A stretch of DNA of 64,000 nucleotides from NCBI GenBank assembly GCA_013239625.1, contig MU054001.1:1615884-1679883 (forward strand), read 5' to 3'. The notes beneath the pieces are model-generated. The model was not told the origin of the DNA. It did no database searches and saw nothing but the letters and a program-made list of their open reading frames with translations. Positions within the stretch are counted from its first letter, which is position 1; each line of letters begins with the position of its first letter. The DNA is from Lama guanicoe. Taxonomy: Eukaryota. This document shows positions 52,397 through 64,000 of the stretch, one piece after another. Made by a program: the position numbers and the translations under genes.

Positions 52397-52585
52397 TTTG
52401 CAGATACTAACTACTATACATAAAATAAACAACAAGGCCCTACTGTGTAGCACAGGGAACTAGATTCAATACCTTGTAATAGCCCATAAAGAATATGAAA
52501 AACAAAATATATATATATATATATGAATTACTATGCTGTACACCAGAAATTAACACAACATTGTAAACCAAACACATTTAAAAAA
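52397..52585 (+). mobile_element. Short L1 3' end with perfect 14-bp TSD
   Basis: TSD aaataagattggga at 52383-52396 and 52586-52599; body tagcacagggaactagattcaat...caacattgtaaac. Confidence 0.92.
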
Positions 52586-53375
52586 AAATAAGATTGGGAG
52601 AGTCTTGTAGTTTCAGCTTACATCAGGCTTGAGGGCCAGGTTAACAGTTTGCTCTGGGGATAGGCACTGGGAAAATCGTGTTGAAAGTGGCAACTTGGAA
52701 AAAGTCTGCTCATTCAAAATAAAGTTCTGGTTGCCATGGGCTGCAAAGAAAGCAGGGATTGGTATGCATACATCTTACAGACATGAAATACCCTACAGCA
52801 GTGATTCCCACTGCTGTTAACAGAAGAACACAGGGAAATGGTAGTTAACGATTAAGATATATCTACCTGATGTTTAGCCCTTGAAACTTCTAAGAATTTA
52901 AAGACTTATTACTCCAAAAAATATATATAGCCTTGTTTTATTTTACCCTCAGACCAGTATTCAAAATTAAATAGGGAATGATTCTGTCATTGTGTGTGTT
53001 CTTAAACGGAAGGGCATAAAATATCTCATTTTTACTAGCAGTAACAGTACGTGTGTAAGGACATAAAGAATGTGCACGCAGTACTCTGGTGTGTCACACT
53101 GTGAGCTGTACACTTATTTTAAGTGATGAGCTCTTAGAATTGACTCTTGCAAAGCAACAACAAACAACAGTGATAATGTTTAATTAAGAGATTAATAGAC
53201 AAACCAGAAATCACTTCATTTGTCTCTAAGGTTTCTGCCTGATTTGCAAATCCATAAAAGAATACACAAAAGGTGTTTCTGACTGACTTAGGGCAGTGAG
53301 GTGACACGTTTGGAGCAGCCCACGAACAATATTCCCTGGAAGCTGTGATGGAGATACTTTCAAAAAAAAAAAAGA

Positions 53376-53560
53376 CATAAACAGCAAGGACCTGCTGTAT
53401 AGCACAGGGAACTATATTCAATTTCTTGTAATGAGCTGTAATGGAAAAGAATCTGAAAAAAATATATATGTATGTACATGTCTAACTGAATCGCTTTGCC
53501 GTACACAGGAAACTAACATTGTAAGTCAACTACACTTCAATAAAAGATAAGAATTTAAAA
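53376..53560 (+). mobile_element. Short L1 3' end
   Basis: ataaacagcaaggacctgctgtatagcacagggaactatattcaa...ctacacttcaataaaa. Confidence 0.88.
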
Positions 53561-54629
53561 AGAAGAGAGAAGACACAGAATACTAAGACAGAAGTAAATA
53601 AGGGCCATTTCTATTGACATTAAAATGATAGTAAAGTGATACAAACAACTCTGCCCACAAAATTTGATAACTTAGATGAAATGCACCAATTGCTTAAAAG
53701 AATCTCTGTTTAAAAAAGAAGAGAAAACAAGAGAGGAAGTTCAGCACTTCTCCCACGGAAGTCCACTCCCATTTATTCCACACAGTTTAACCACGGGCCA
53801 GCCTGGTGCCTCGGATACTTTGCTAGGACCAGGGAGCAGCAGTGGGTAGAGCAGGGATGTTCTCTGCCCTCCGGAAGCTCCATCTGCAGTAATGGCACGG
53901 GCAGCCCCGGGCTAGTCCCCGTGGAAGGACCTCCAAGCCCTTTGATGAGGTTTGTTTGGCTTTTTCATAATCTCACATGGACTTGCTCATTGAAGCCAAG
54001 CGTGGCTCACTAGGCATCCAAAACCAGGGTGAATCACAGAGGTTTCTCACCAGCAGATCAGTTTAGCTCTGAGTAACTCTTGAGAAAGTGTGTAGCTTAG
54101 GGCCGGCTAAGAGAGGAGGGTCCGGCAGGTTGGGGTAGGGAGGCGGGGCTCGGCAAAATAGCCTCTTGGACAATTAGCATGCAACAGGAGAAGTGTCTCT
54201 GGAAATACGCGTCCCCTCTTTTCTTTGACCTTTCAGGATGTGGTTTTCTCCCCAGTGGGCTGGAGGCATCAACCTTCCCTAGGGGAGGGAGAAGAGGTCA
54301 CCGCTGTTTACAGAAGGAATTCAAGAGAAAGAATTTATGCTCAGGGTTTGACATTCAAAACTGGTTTTGCCTGGAAAGCCAGACTTGTCTCGGGAAAAAT
54401 TTCTGGGTTATTTTATCTCCGGTTAGTGTACGGAGAGCCAAGCTTGAAAGCGGCAGTGCTTGGAGATCTCCTGGTGTGGGAAGGACATCCCTCTCTGGTC
54501 CTTAGGGTGTACGCCTGTTGCTCTAGAACAGAAGAATAGGAAGCAGAGCTTTGGTTTCCAAACGTGTTCTTCCGTGACCCCCAGCACCTTCATTTTACCT
54601 TTTAATTGAGAAACACCCAGGGGCGCTCG

Positions 54630-54641
54630 TGCGCATGCGCA
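54630..54641. promoter_or_regulatory. Perfect NRF1 consensus palindrome TGCGCATGCGCA
   Basis: Exact 12-bp match inside a small CpG-rich patch. Confidence 0.5.
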
Positions 54642-55295
54642 AGCGCACGCAGCGCTAATCCAATTCAGAGAGCAATTTTTTTCTTTGTTACATATGGTAT
54701 TTTCTTAGTTTTAAAATTTTTTTTTTTTATGAATACTGGTCATGACCCACTTCCTTTATTTCATCCCCACCGGTGGGCCATGACTCACGGTTTGGAGAGC
54801 GCTGAGGTAGAGGCACTGGCCTTGGCAGGCGCGGGAGGAGGAGGAAAGTGGAGAGACGGAGGTGGGGAAGCTGTCAGATGTGCGTCCTTCTGTCCTCACT
54901 CCATACTTCGGCCTGGAGAGGGGAAGGAGGGGTGGGGACATAGGGAGAGGTAGTTCTGCCCCAGCTCAGCTCTCTTTAGGACCCTAGAAATGAATCGCAT
55001 GCCTCTGAACCAATCTGGACGAGGCTGCAAGGGAAGGCGGAAAGGATGCGGCCAGGCAGAAGAGCACGGTTGTCCAGAGATGCCTTTCGTTCCAGTCCCT
55101 GCTGGAGTGGATGCACCAGGAATTTCCTCATCCGGGAGGGGCAAGGCGGCACCACAGCAGAAGATGAGAGGCCCACCTAGGCCAGAAGGTGGCGGGTGGG
55201 AGGGGATTCCACCTGCCAAAGACGAGGCTGTCAGGGAGACTGACCAGACTGAGGGAGACCAGACCTCCAGTTCCAACACTTAAAATGCCAGCCAG

Positions 55296-55467
55296 AACAA
55301 GGACCTACTGTAGAGCACAGGGAACTATATTCAGTTTCTTGTAAAAACATGTAACGGAAAAGAATCTGGAAAGAAAATACATCGGTAGGTATACGTGTAA
55401 CTGAATCACTTTGCTGTACACCTGAACCTAACACTGTAAATCAACTACACTTCAATAAAGTTTTTTC
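55296..55467 (+). mobile_element. Short L1 3' end with perfect 13-bp TSD
   Basis: TSD aaatgccagccag at 55283-55295 and 55468-55480; TT/AAAA endonuclease-type site. Confidence 0.92.
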
Positions 55468-56282
55468 AAATGCCAGCCAGGTGAACAGGAGCCAATGGTC
55501 AAGGGAAAAGACCCTTTCAGAGAAGCACTTGGGATACCTATCATAGTCCCTGCCATTCACTCAAGCGCCGCCTGGGAGAGGAGCCGGCTGGTTAGGTGGA
55601 AGACTAAGAAGCCAGGGAGCTTGAACTAATTACTCAAAAGAGGCAGAAAATCATCTAGAGAAGTTTTTAGAATTGTCATGTTTGGAGGGGTTTAATCTAG
55701 TCTTTTTCCCCACCTCTTGCTTTGCACCAAATGGGGATTCAAGGAGACCCCAGATGGATTTTCTACAAAACAGGAACTATGTTCTGTGCCCATCTGAGCC
55801 AGTAAACATGGCAACAACCCAGCTTCTTGGGGGAAGGGAAAGCTCCCTCGCCTGTTGCCCTGAGTCAGCTAGTGGAGCACAGCTGAAACGTTTGCAAACT
55901 GGCTGGTGGAGGGGGAGCCCCGGTTTACAGCATTTGCCAGTTTTTGTGGTGGAAACACTCCCACGGTGACCACTTTCAAGCTGCCGGTGAGGTTGGGCCA
56001 TCAGGGTCTCTGTCCTCCTGTCTTCGCCGACCAAACCTGTGCACCTGCCCACGTGACCGAGAACAAGCTAAACCTCCCAGCAACAAACATTTCCTTCTCT
56101 GGACAGCGGTTTGTTTAGCTTACTTTATGGAAATGGCGCTCTACCCTATGAGGACAGCCCCTTCATTTAGGAGATGTCCATTTTCTTCTCCTGGAGGAGA
56201 ACTTCGGAGTCCGTCTGTGCACCCAGCCAGCCAGGATGCTCTTGCCGGAACCAGCCTGGCTGACAGAATCAGAGCACACTAG

Positions 56283-56296
56283 CCCCTGGAGGGCGC
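56283..56296 (+). promoter_or_regulatory. Candidate CTCF site
   Basis: CCCCTGGAGGGCGC resembles the CTCF core CCASYAGRKGGCRS (two mismatches). Confidence 0.35.
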
Positions 56297-56759
56297 TTCC
56301 CAGGTCATGTCGGCCAGCCCCCTGCCTCCAGGCAGGTCTCCCATAAATCGTCCTCGACAGAGCCTGCCTCATGCTGGGCCACTGGCTCCAGGCGCCCCAA
56401 GCAGCCGACTAAAGTTTTGTGCTGACTCCGTGGAGCCCTGCTGACTCCGTGGAACCCCGACGGTGGCAGCGGGCGCCACCGCTCATAAGGGAATCATTAG
56501 TGAAACGCGGCCGAGTGCGAGGGCCCGAAGGCCTGTGGCAATTAATCACCTCTCCTCCCCGGCAGCACCAGCTGTCTCAGATGCAGCCATCCTCCAGGTA
56601 GCCCTTTAATTGTCCCCGGAGAAGGCAGGTGGGTGAGGGGCCACCTGAGCTAATGTTAGCCAGCAATCCTCCCAAATAAAAAAAAAAAATTTTTTTTTAG
56701 AGTATTCAAATATCTCTCACTTACTTTCCAGAGTCTGTTATTGGTATAAAGGTTGAAGC

Positions 56760-57470
56760 TCAGGCAGCTTAACTGTTATGTGGAATGACCTTTAGTTTTA
56801 ATATTAATATATTATCGTAAAGTCTATGCGAATCATGAATGCAATTTTGGTATTCATAGAAAATGCCATACGCTGAACCCAGTGCAACTTTTTCCCCCCC
56901 TCTCGTCCTCCAGTCGGCTGCAAACTGGGAGAATTAATATGCGTCATATTCCTCGCCCCTTTATTTACTTAGAGAGGGTGGCCGGGCAACTTTATCAAGA
57001 GTTACATTATCAAGAGCTTTGCTGCAAGCTTCTTTATCATATTCACATCCGCGTCTGCTCGACACTTGTCAGTGTCAATCAAATCGCAATAATACGCAGA
57101 TGATTTGCTCATTTGGTTTAATAAAATCTTTCTGCTTATTTGCGCTGCCTCCATTACACCACATAATTGCTGTGCCGCGGAGGTGAAAGGCAGCCAGTTG
57201 CCTGGGGGATAAGAGCAGACGATTGCTATATGAAGGATTTGTTTCTTTGCCTCTGTCTCTCCCCAGTCACTCATATTCCTAAAATTAATATTGTATTTGA
57301 ATCCGGCCCTGCTATTCTTATGCAGGCTAACATTGTTATTACTTATTATTTGGATGTGAAGTCATTTATTTTTAGTTTTATGTCCAAGCTGTCAAGCCAA
57401 ATTTCATTGTGAACTGCCACATACAATTTTTAACTGCCATTTAAAACGAGATTCAAACTCTAAATTATGG
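56760..57470. promoter_or_regulatory. Candidate highly conserved non-coding element/enhancer
   Basis: Repeat-free, AT-rich yet CpG-retaining block with three TGATAA sites (minus strand), a PBX/MEIS-type TGATTGACA (minus, 57073-57081) and many TAAT motifs. Confidence 0.55.
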
Positions 57471-59521
57471 AGTGAGCTTGTTCAAAGGGCCAGCCTGACA
57501 GCAAGTGCATTAAGAAGCCCCGATTTCCTTGCAAATCAAAGGGGCTCCCAGTGATTATTTGGGTTGGAAAGGAAAACGCACAGCCTTAGTACTCCCTGAT
57601 CGCCTCGGTGGTGGCCAGACACCCAGCTGGGCGTGTATAGAGAGAGGGGTGTCTAGGCAGAGTGGAGCCCGGGGCTGCACTCCGAGTCCCCTGGGCATCT
57701 GCCCTGAGCGGGAGCTGCTTGCTGGAGGGACGCAGTGGGGACCCGGTGGCTGGCCAAGGGAGGGTTACAAGGAAGACGCCCCCTGCCAAAGTCATGGAGT
57801 AACTTGATGTTGGGCTGGCGGTTGCCCTGTTCCCCGCCCGGGAGCCAGGGCTCTGCCAGGCTGTGGCAGGGGAGAAACCATGGTTAGATTTCAAGTTGCT
57901 TGTGCCTATGCGTTGGTACTCCCCAAAGGACACCATTTTCATGGAGCACAAAACAAGCATTGGGCAGCTTTATTGACTTAGCTAGAGCCCCGTCGCATGG
58001 GCGGCTGTCACCCCTGGGACCACAGTCCCCTCTGCGGGCGCTCATGCCCAGTATAACGTTTAGGTGGGAGCAAAGTTCCCACAGCAGCCTGACGAGGCCA
58101 AGGGCTCCTTGAGCCCCTATGGTTGGTGCTTCTTGTGAATCTGCTCATTAAACGGTGGTGAAGACGCCACCTGGGAAAAGCAGCATATCTGTCCTGCTGA
58201 TAAAAAAATGAAGAGTCGGAGATGTAAGGTGGCTGTGATGATGAAGGCTCTGGAAGCACCAGGTCTAGCACAAGGGGAGCAAAAGAAGGAGGTATGCCAG
58301 GAGGAGGCCCCAGGGCAAGGCAGTGCTGGGAGAAAGGCAGCCCCACCTGCAGCTCTGGGACCAAGGTCTTCTCCTTGGGCCGCCACCCAGGACCCGGGCT
58401 TTCTTTGCCCTCCAAGAAGGTCCAGTGTTCAAGGAAGCCAGGTGTAGACGAGACCCAAGGAGAGCGCGTGCCATAGCCTCAGTCAGTAACACTTGAAGGT
58501 CCAAGGCCGAGGACTCCAACACCCTTTCTCTGCTCTTCGTTGAAAAGTATCCATTCTTGGACATAGACCCAGTAGGTCCCGACCTCACATCAGTCCTGGC
58601 TAAGCTGGGCCCCCAAGCCAGACCACGCACAACCCCCGCGGCCACTCTGATGCCCGTCCTCAGGCTTCAAGCCCGCCTGCAAGGAGAGAAGAAGGAGCCT
58701 TTGTGCCCCTCCTACCTCTCCTCTCAGCTGATCCCCCTAATCTCTCATATTAAAAGGGCCTTAAGTCTAAATGCACACATTTTGTCTTGGGTGCTAACCT
58801 GAGTTTATGAGATAGAAGCACGTTTGTGAAAGACAGAGCCACCATGGTTGCTGTGGAAGGGCTGGGGTGAGGGGGTCACCCTGCAGGGGAGGATGCTGCC
58901 AATGCCTCTGTTTCCCCATCCTTCCCTCCTGTGGTGTGTGAAAGGGGCTAGTGTGCTTCTCACAGATCCTAGTGGGGGTTGTCAAGGGAACTTCTCATCC
59001 ATCACCCCCCACCCTCCTCGCTCCCACCCTGCCCCATAGTCCAGACCTGCCTTCCTGCCTGAGCATGTCTTCAGGCTATGGTTTTTGGTGGGCGAGACAC
59101 TGTGGTGTACTGTGAATCTTCCATGGATGTGCCACCAACTTTTCTATTTTTAAATAACTTTATTGAGCTGTAATTCACATACCATACCACCCTCCGGTTA
59201 AAGTGTACAGTTTAATGGAAGCAGTTGGTGATGGGAGTCTGGAGTTCAAGCAAGAGGTCCAGGCTGGAAACTCAGATTGGGAGCCTTCAGTGTGTCGGCC
59301 GGATGAGGTCACTAAGCAAGTGGGTGTAGAAGGAAAGAGAAGAGGTCCTGGACCTGAGGCCAGGGACACCTGGAGAAACCAGCAAAGAAGATGTTCCCCA
59401 TCTGGTTCATCTTTTACAGGGAGGAAAGTTGGGTGCGAAACCTCTGTTGACTTATTAACATGACTGAAATCCAGGGCTTTCTATCTTTTAATTGTTCTGG
59501 TGTCAAATCTATAGCTTAAAC

Positions 59522-59835
59522 TTTTTTTGTTAATTGAAGTATAGTTGGTTTACAATGTGTTCATTTCTGGTGTACAGCAAAGTGATTCATTTATACGTGT
59601 ATATATGTGTGTGTGTATATGTGTGTGTATATGTGTGTCTATATGTGTGTGTGTGTATGTATATATATATATATATATATATATTCCTGTCCACATTCTT
59701 TTTTACTTTAAGCTATTACAAGATACTGAATATAGTTCCCTGTGCTATATGGTAGGACCTTGTGGATTATTTATTTTGTAAATAGTAGTTAGTATCTGCA
59801 GATCCCAAACTCGAAAATTGTTCCTCTTACCCTTG
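59522..59835 (-). mobile_element. Short L1 3' end containing an expanded (TG/TA)n tract (59597-59683)
   Basis: aattgaagtatagttggtttacaatg...gaatatagttccctgtgctata...tatctgcagatcccaaactc. Confidence 0.88.
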
Positions 59836-60724
59836 TCCACTTGACTCTGACCCAGAGTCAGCCAAGGCCCCAGTTTCTCATACATCCTTTCAGAGAGGCT
59901 CTCCACATACGTGAGCATCTGTGTGTCTGTCTGTATGCACACTTGTCCCTTTGCCCGTTTTTACACACATGGTATCATAGGCCTGCAGGTCTTCATTTAC
60001 TATATCCTGAAGATTGTTCCATATTAGCACATAAAGAACTTCCTCATTCTTTTTTGTTTCTGTCATATTTCATTTTCTGGGGGTAATGTCGTTTGCTTAA
60101 CCAGGCTGTCAGTGAGGGACTTTTACGTTGTTTCCAATCTTTTGCCACAACTACTAACCTCGTGCACTTGGAATTGTGCACCATGTGAACGTAAATCTGT
60201 TGGATAACTTCCTGGATGTAAAACTGTTAGGTCAAAGGGCACGTGCATTTGGATTTTGAAATAGATATTGCCAAAGGTGGTACCAATCTAAGCTCCCACA
60301 AGCCAGACACGAGAGTGTCTGTTTTGACACATTTTCCAACCCAGTCTGTAACCCAGTTATTTGATCCTCTCCAATGTTAGAGTTTTTAAAAATGGAGTTT
60401 TGCATTTGCATTTGCATTTGTCTTATTGCAGGTGGGATTGCCCGTGCCTCTCAGCACGGCAGCCGGAAATGGCACTCAGCAGATGAATTACATAAGCAAA
60501 GTCTGTCTCTGATGCCTTTTTCTTGGCTTGGCCTCTTCCAACAGCCTAAGCTATTCTGGGCCCCTCTACCCAGGAGGAAATAAATTAAGAAACTTACTCC
60601 CTCAAGAGTTGTAGTGACTAGAAGTGGGAGTGTTCCTGAAATTATTTACTTTCAGAATAGAAATGGAGGAGCCATGCTTCCCCCAAAGGGGTGTCTGGTC
60701 CACGGTGGTGTCTGAGGTGCTGTG

Positions 60725-61230
60725 CTCTTCATTCATTCGTTCATTCAACTCAGCCGCTATTGGCTGAGAGCCTGGGCTGTGCCAGGCCCTGGGCTGGACT
60801 CTGAGGAAAGGGCAAAGTTAGAACCATCACTCTCCAGGAAGCTTATGTCCTAGCAGGGGCCTGATGACAACCAAGCAAACAAATAAGGATTTCAGGGAGT
60901 AGTGAACCCTGTGGAGAAAATAAAATAGGATGCTGTAACAGTGCGTGAAGAGGAGGAGGTCAGAGGAGGCCGCTGGGGAGGTGACATCTTAGCGAAGGCC
61001 TGAAGGAGAAGGAAGACAGTCATGCCAGCGTCTGGGACAGGAGCTCTCTAGGCAGGAGGAACAGGCTCTCCATGGGAGCAGAGAGGAGCAGGTGTAAGGC
61101 GCGTGGGCTGGTGCAGAATAGACGAGAGGGGGAGAAACACCAACTGACGACGGAGAGGTCAGCCCTGAGGCCACCCTGAAGGATTGGGTTGTCTTTGGTG
61201 GCAGTTTAAAGCGTAAGGAAGGTTTTAAGC
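60725..61230 (-). mobile_element. L2 3' fragment
   Basis: ttcattcattcgttcattcaac...tgtgccaggccctgggct...ggaggtgacatctt...ggttttaagc. Confidence 0.7.
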
Positions 61231-61530
61231 GATGATGTGCTAGTAAACATGCAGCCGTCGGCTGGGCGAGGGGGCTGATTTGCAGTGTCGGCGGATTTCA
61301 GTGGTGGAAACATTCCCATCATGACCAGTCTCTACTGCTAGAGTGAGGTCACCGAACCCGGGGCCGTGCACCAAAGACCATCCGCTGGGTGAAAATGGTG
61401 GCTGTTTGTGTCTCAGGGTTTATTTTACTGAAAGTATTCTGCTCACACATTATAGGGCATTTTACAAAATGAAACATTCTGGGCTGAGAAGAGGGTGCTC
61501 CTGCGCACCACTGGCATTTTGGGGGTTTGT

Positions 61531-61730
61531 TTTTTTTAATTGAAGTATAGTTGGTTTACAATATTGTGTTAGTGTCTTGTGTACCGCAGATTGATTCAGT
61601 TACACACATACATATATATTCCTTCTCATATTCTTTTTCATTGTAGGTTATTACAAGGTTCTAAATGTAATTCCCTGTGCTCTACAGCAGGACCTTGCTG
61701 TTTATCTGTTTCATGCGTAGTAGTTTGTGT
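61531..61730 (-). mobile_element. Short L1 3' end
   Basis: ttttttaattgaagtatagttggtttacaatattgtgttag...ttccctgtgctctacagcaggaccttgctgtttatc. Confidence 0.88.
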
Positions 61731-62284
61731 AGCACAGCACAGGTTTAAGCTGGAGAATGAGATGCTTGGAATCACATCAAGGAGATTATTCTGGCTGCTG
61801 TGTGGACCTTTTGGGTTTTTTGAAACCTGCCTGCACCACCTTCAGGGCCAACAGTATCACTCCTCGGCATTTCCTTCTTAGATCCCATCTTCTTTTTCTG
61901 CTAAGGTGCACACCAAAGCCTTAGGTCTTAATTTTATTTCGACAGTGGATTTCTTTCTTTCTTTCTTTCTTTTTTTTTTTTTGGAGGCTGATTCATTCCA
62001 GGGCCCAAAAGTGACTTCTCTTCAACTACTGTGCAGAGAAGTCCAGAGCAGGAGAGAACGCCCTTTCTGACTTGCCATATTGATTTCCCTCCTGCCACAT
62101 GCAGGGACACTGGTTCAGTGTCGCCAGGTGTGAAATGCTGCCCACCCCCACCCCCACCCGCACCTCTGCTCCCAGAGCTGTCAGACACTCCTCTAAACAT
62201 TAGCCCTTTGCCCCGGTGCTTGGAATATCACGCATGGGGATGGAGAGGTTTTTCCATTTCTTTTTCATTTCCATGCAAGTTCTA

Positions 62285-62655
62285 CGTCTAATTGAAGGAG
62301 GGGGTGAAAAGTGTAAACAATCTTACGATGTCTCGCCATCCTTAAAATCCTGAAATTACTTTGGTCTTTGTTGGTCAGCAAATAAATTAATTTTCACTTG
62401 AAGAAACATCATTTTTAATGCCTTTCATTCTGGCCTGGCCTCATCCCACGGTCCAATTACTGAGGTAACTATCACCAGCGAGGAGACCATGGGGGCCGTA
62501 GATCAGAAATTGTTTACCAGGCTTGCAGGCATCGATTTATTCCAGCTACCTGACACAGTTGATCATATTTTATTTTCCCAAATCTTCTCTCTCAAATTGA
62601 TTTTTCAGAAAGTTTTTAATACAGTTTTATTCACCTGGCTAATCCATTTATCTTC
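62285..62655. promoter_or_regulatory. Candidate conserved non-coding element
   Basis: AT-rich island in GC-rich surroundings with forkhead motifs (GTAAACA ~62313, TGTTTAC 62511), TAAT cores and ATCGAT. Confidence 0.4.
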
Positions 62656-64000
62656 AGTTCCATCTGTAAAGTCAGGGAAATCTCTGGGGTGGTCTGTGCA
62701 GGGAAAGAGACGTTTTCTCTGCACTGGGCTCTCCACCTTCCACCCCCTCTGACCCTTCCCTGCATACACACATGCACACGTGCACGCACACCCAGGCCCC
62801 CACACCACCACACGTGCAGCTGACTAGCTGTGAGATGCTGAACCTCACTTCCCCTTCCTAGGTCTCCATTTCTTTTGCAAAATCAGGGGATTGCACTATT
62901 TTGTCTCTAAAGACCTTTCTAACTGGAGATCTTTAACACTGACAAGTTGAGAGCTGGAAGGGGCGAAGGAATTGAAACCAATCTCCTGGCTTCACAGTGT
63001 GGGAAGCCGAGGCTCTTCCTGCAAGAGATGGGACCCGCATTCCAGCTGATCATGGCAATCATGGCCAGCCCGTGATTGGGAGTGGACTTCTTGACAACAA
63101 CGCTACAACCACCACCCACCCTGACCCCCTTTCCTGTAGCCTGGGGTTATTCTTCTCTTTCTCAGGAGCAGAAAGACTTTAAGTTGTAGAAACACTTTTC
63201 TACAGAATCCTCAGGCAAGTGACCACACTGTCAGGTGTCCAGTTGTTGCCCCGGAGGGATGGGTTGGGTGAAGAAACACGAATAAGATGCAGTGTGTCTT
63301 GGAAAATAATACAAATGACACGTGAGGATGTAGGTGGCTGTGTGCGCTCTCACGAAGGGCGTGACCGTGGAAGAATGGGAAGCATGGCTCCAACTCGGCC
63401 AGGCTCCTGCCAGCGCGGGTGTGCCAGGAAGCACCCCTGGGCCTAGAGTCCCAGCCCTGCAGGAGTTCAAGCTGCAAAGTTAATAACCCTTGACGCCACC
63501 CAGCCAAAGCCACAGCCTGGCCTAAATAATGCAGAAGTCGTTCCTGATCCTCGGCCTGTCTCTCCCCGGAGCCAGAGTGTGTGTCATCCTTTTTCAGGCG
63601 GGGCTGCTCCTTTGATGCGCAGCCCCGCCCTCCCCTTCGCTGTTGGGTGGATTTCTTAGGTGTGTAGTTAGCAAAAGGGAGGGGACGAGCAGATGTGCTG
63701 GCCGTCAGCAGAACATCCTCGCACGGTCCCTGTGGCCACCAAACCAAACCAGGGGCCACGCAGGGCCTTACTGTACCACTGTCTTATGCAGAAATCCATC
63801 TCTTTCGTGCTCCCTCGTCACAACACGCCGGCAGCCATCTCCCACGTAAGAGAGAAGAGTGGTGACCTACCCAGCCAGCAGACCCTGGCGGACGGGGGCC
63901 TCCCCGAGGCACCAGTAAATTTCACCCGGGCACCAATGTGCTCCCGTTGACTGCTCCCAAGTGCTGACTCCGAGAGAACCGTCTGTGGAGACTGTCCCTC

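Noticed and set aside
23931..61730. Recurring tagcacagggaactatattca-type motif as a CRISPR-like or novel dispersed repeat system
   Set aside because: Copies are irregularly spaced, on both strands, with tails and individual TSDs; they are 5'-truncated L1 3' UTRs.
63211..63950. CpG-enriched end region with ORFs up to 182 aa as the start of the next gene (e.g. AKTIP)
   Set aside because: No recognisable peptide, and CpG density looks below that of a promoter island.

Overview
Mammalian genomic DNA, almost certainly camelid: it carries two copies of a tRNA-derived SINE resembling the camelid Vic-1 family, plus artiodactyl-type L1 3' ends. The window holds the last two coding exons and 3' UTR of RPGRIP1L (+ strand; 2893-3026 and 5280-5392). 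A dense block of nested old transposons follows (~9.9-26.4 kb: L1, Tigger1 derivative, ERVL/MaLR LTRs). The remainder is intergenic and GC-richer, with scattered repeats, a young 5'-truncated L1 whose 437-codon ORF2 remnant is uninterrupted, and several repeat-free AT-rich blocks that look like conserved developmental enhancers. By human synteny this would be the RPGRIP1L-AKTIP interval flanking the FTO/IRX3 regulatory landscape (inference). I found no convincing new protein-coding gene or novel multi-gene system. The best leads are an in-frame alternative acceptor and a candidate poison exon in RPGRIP1L, an MLT LTR transcript apparently retrocopied by L1, a fold-back palindrome replacing an L1 polyA signal, and an enhancer-like cluster at 54.6-57.5 kb. 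Repeat families were recognised by eye; subfamily names and most repeat boundaries are approximate.
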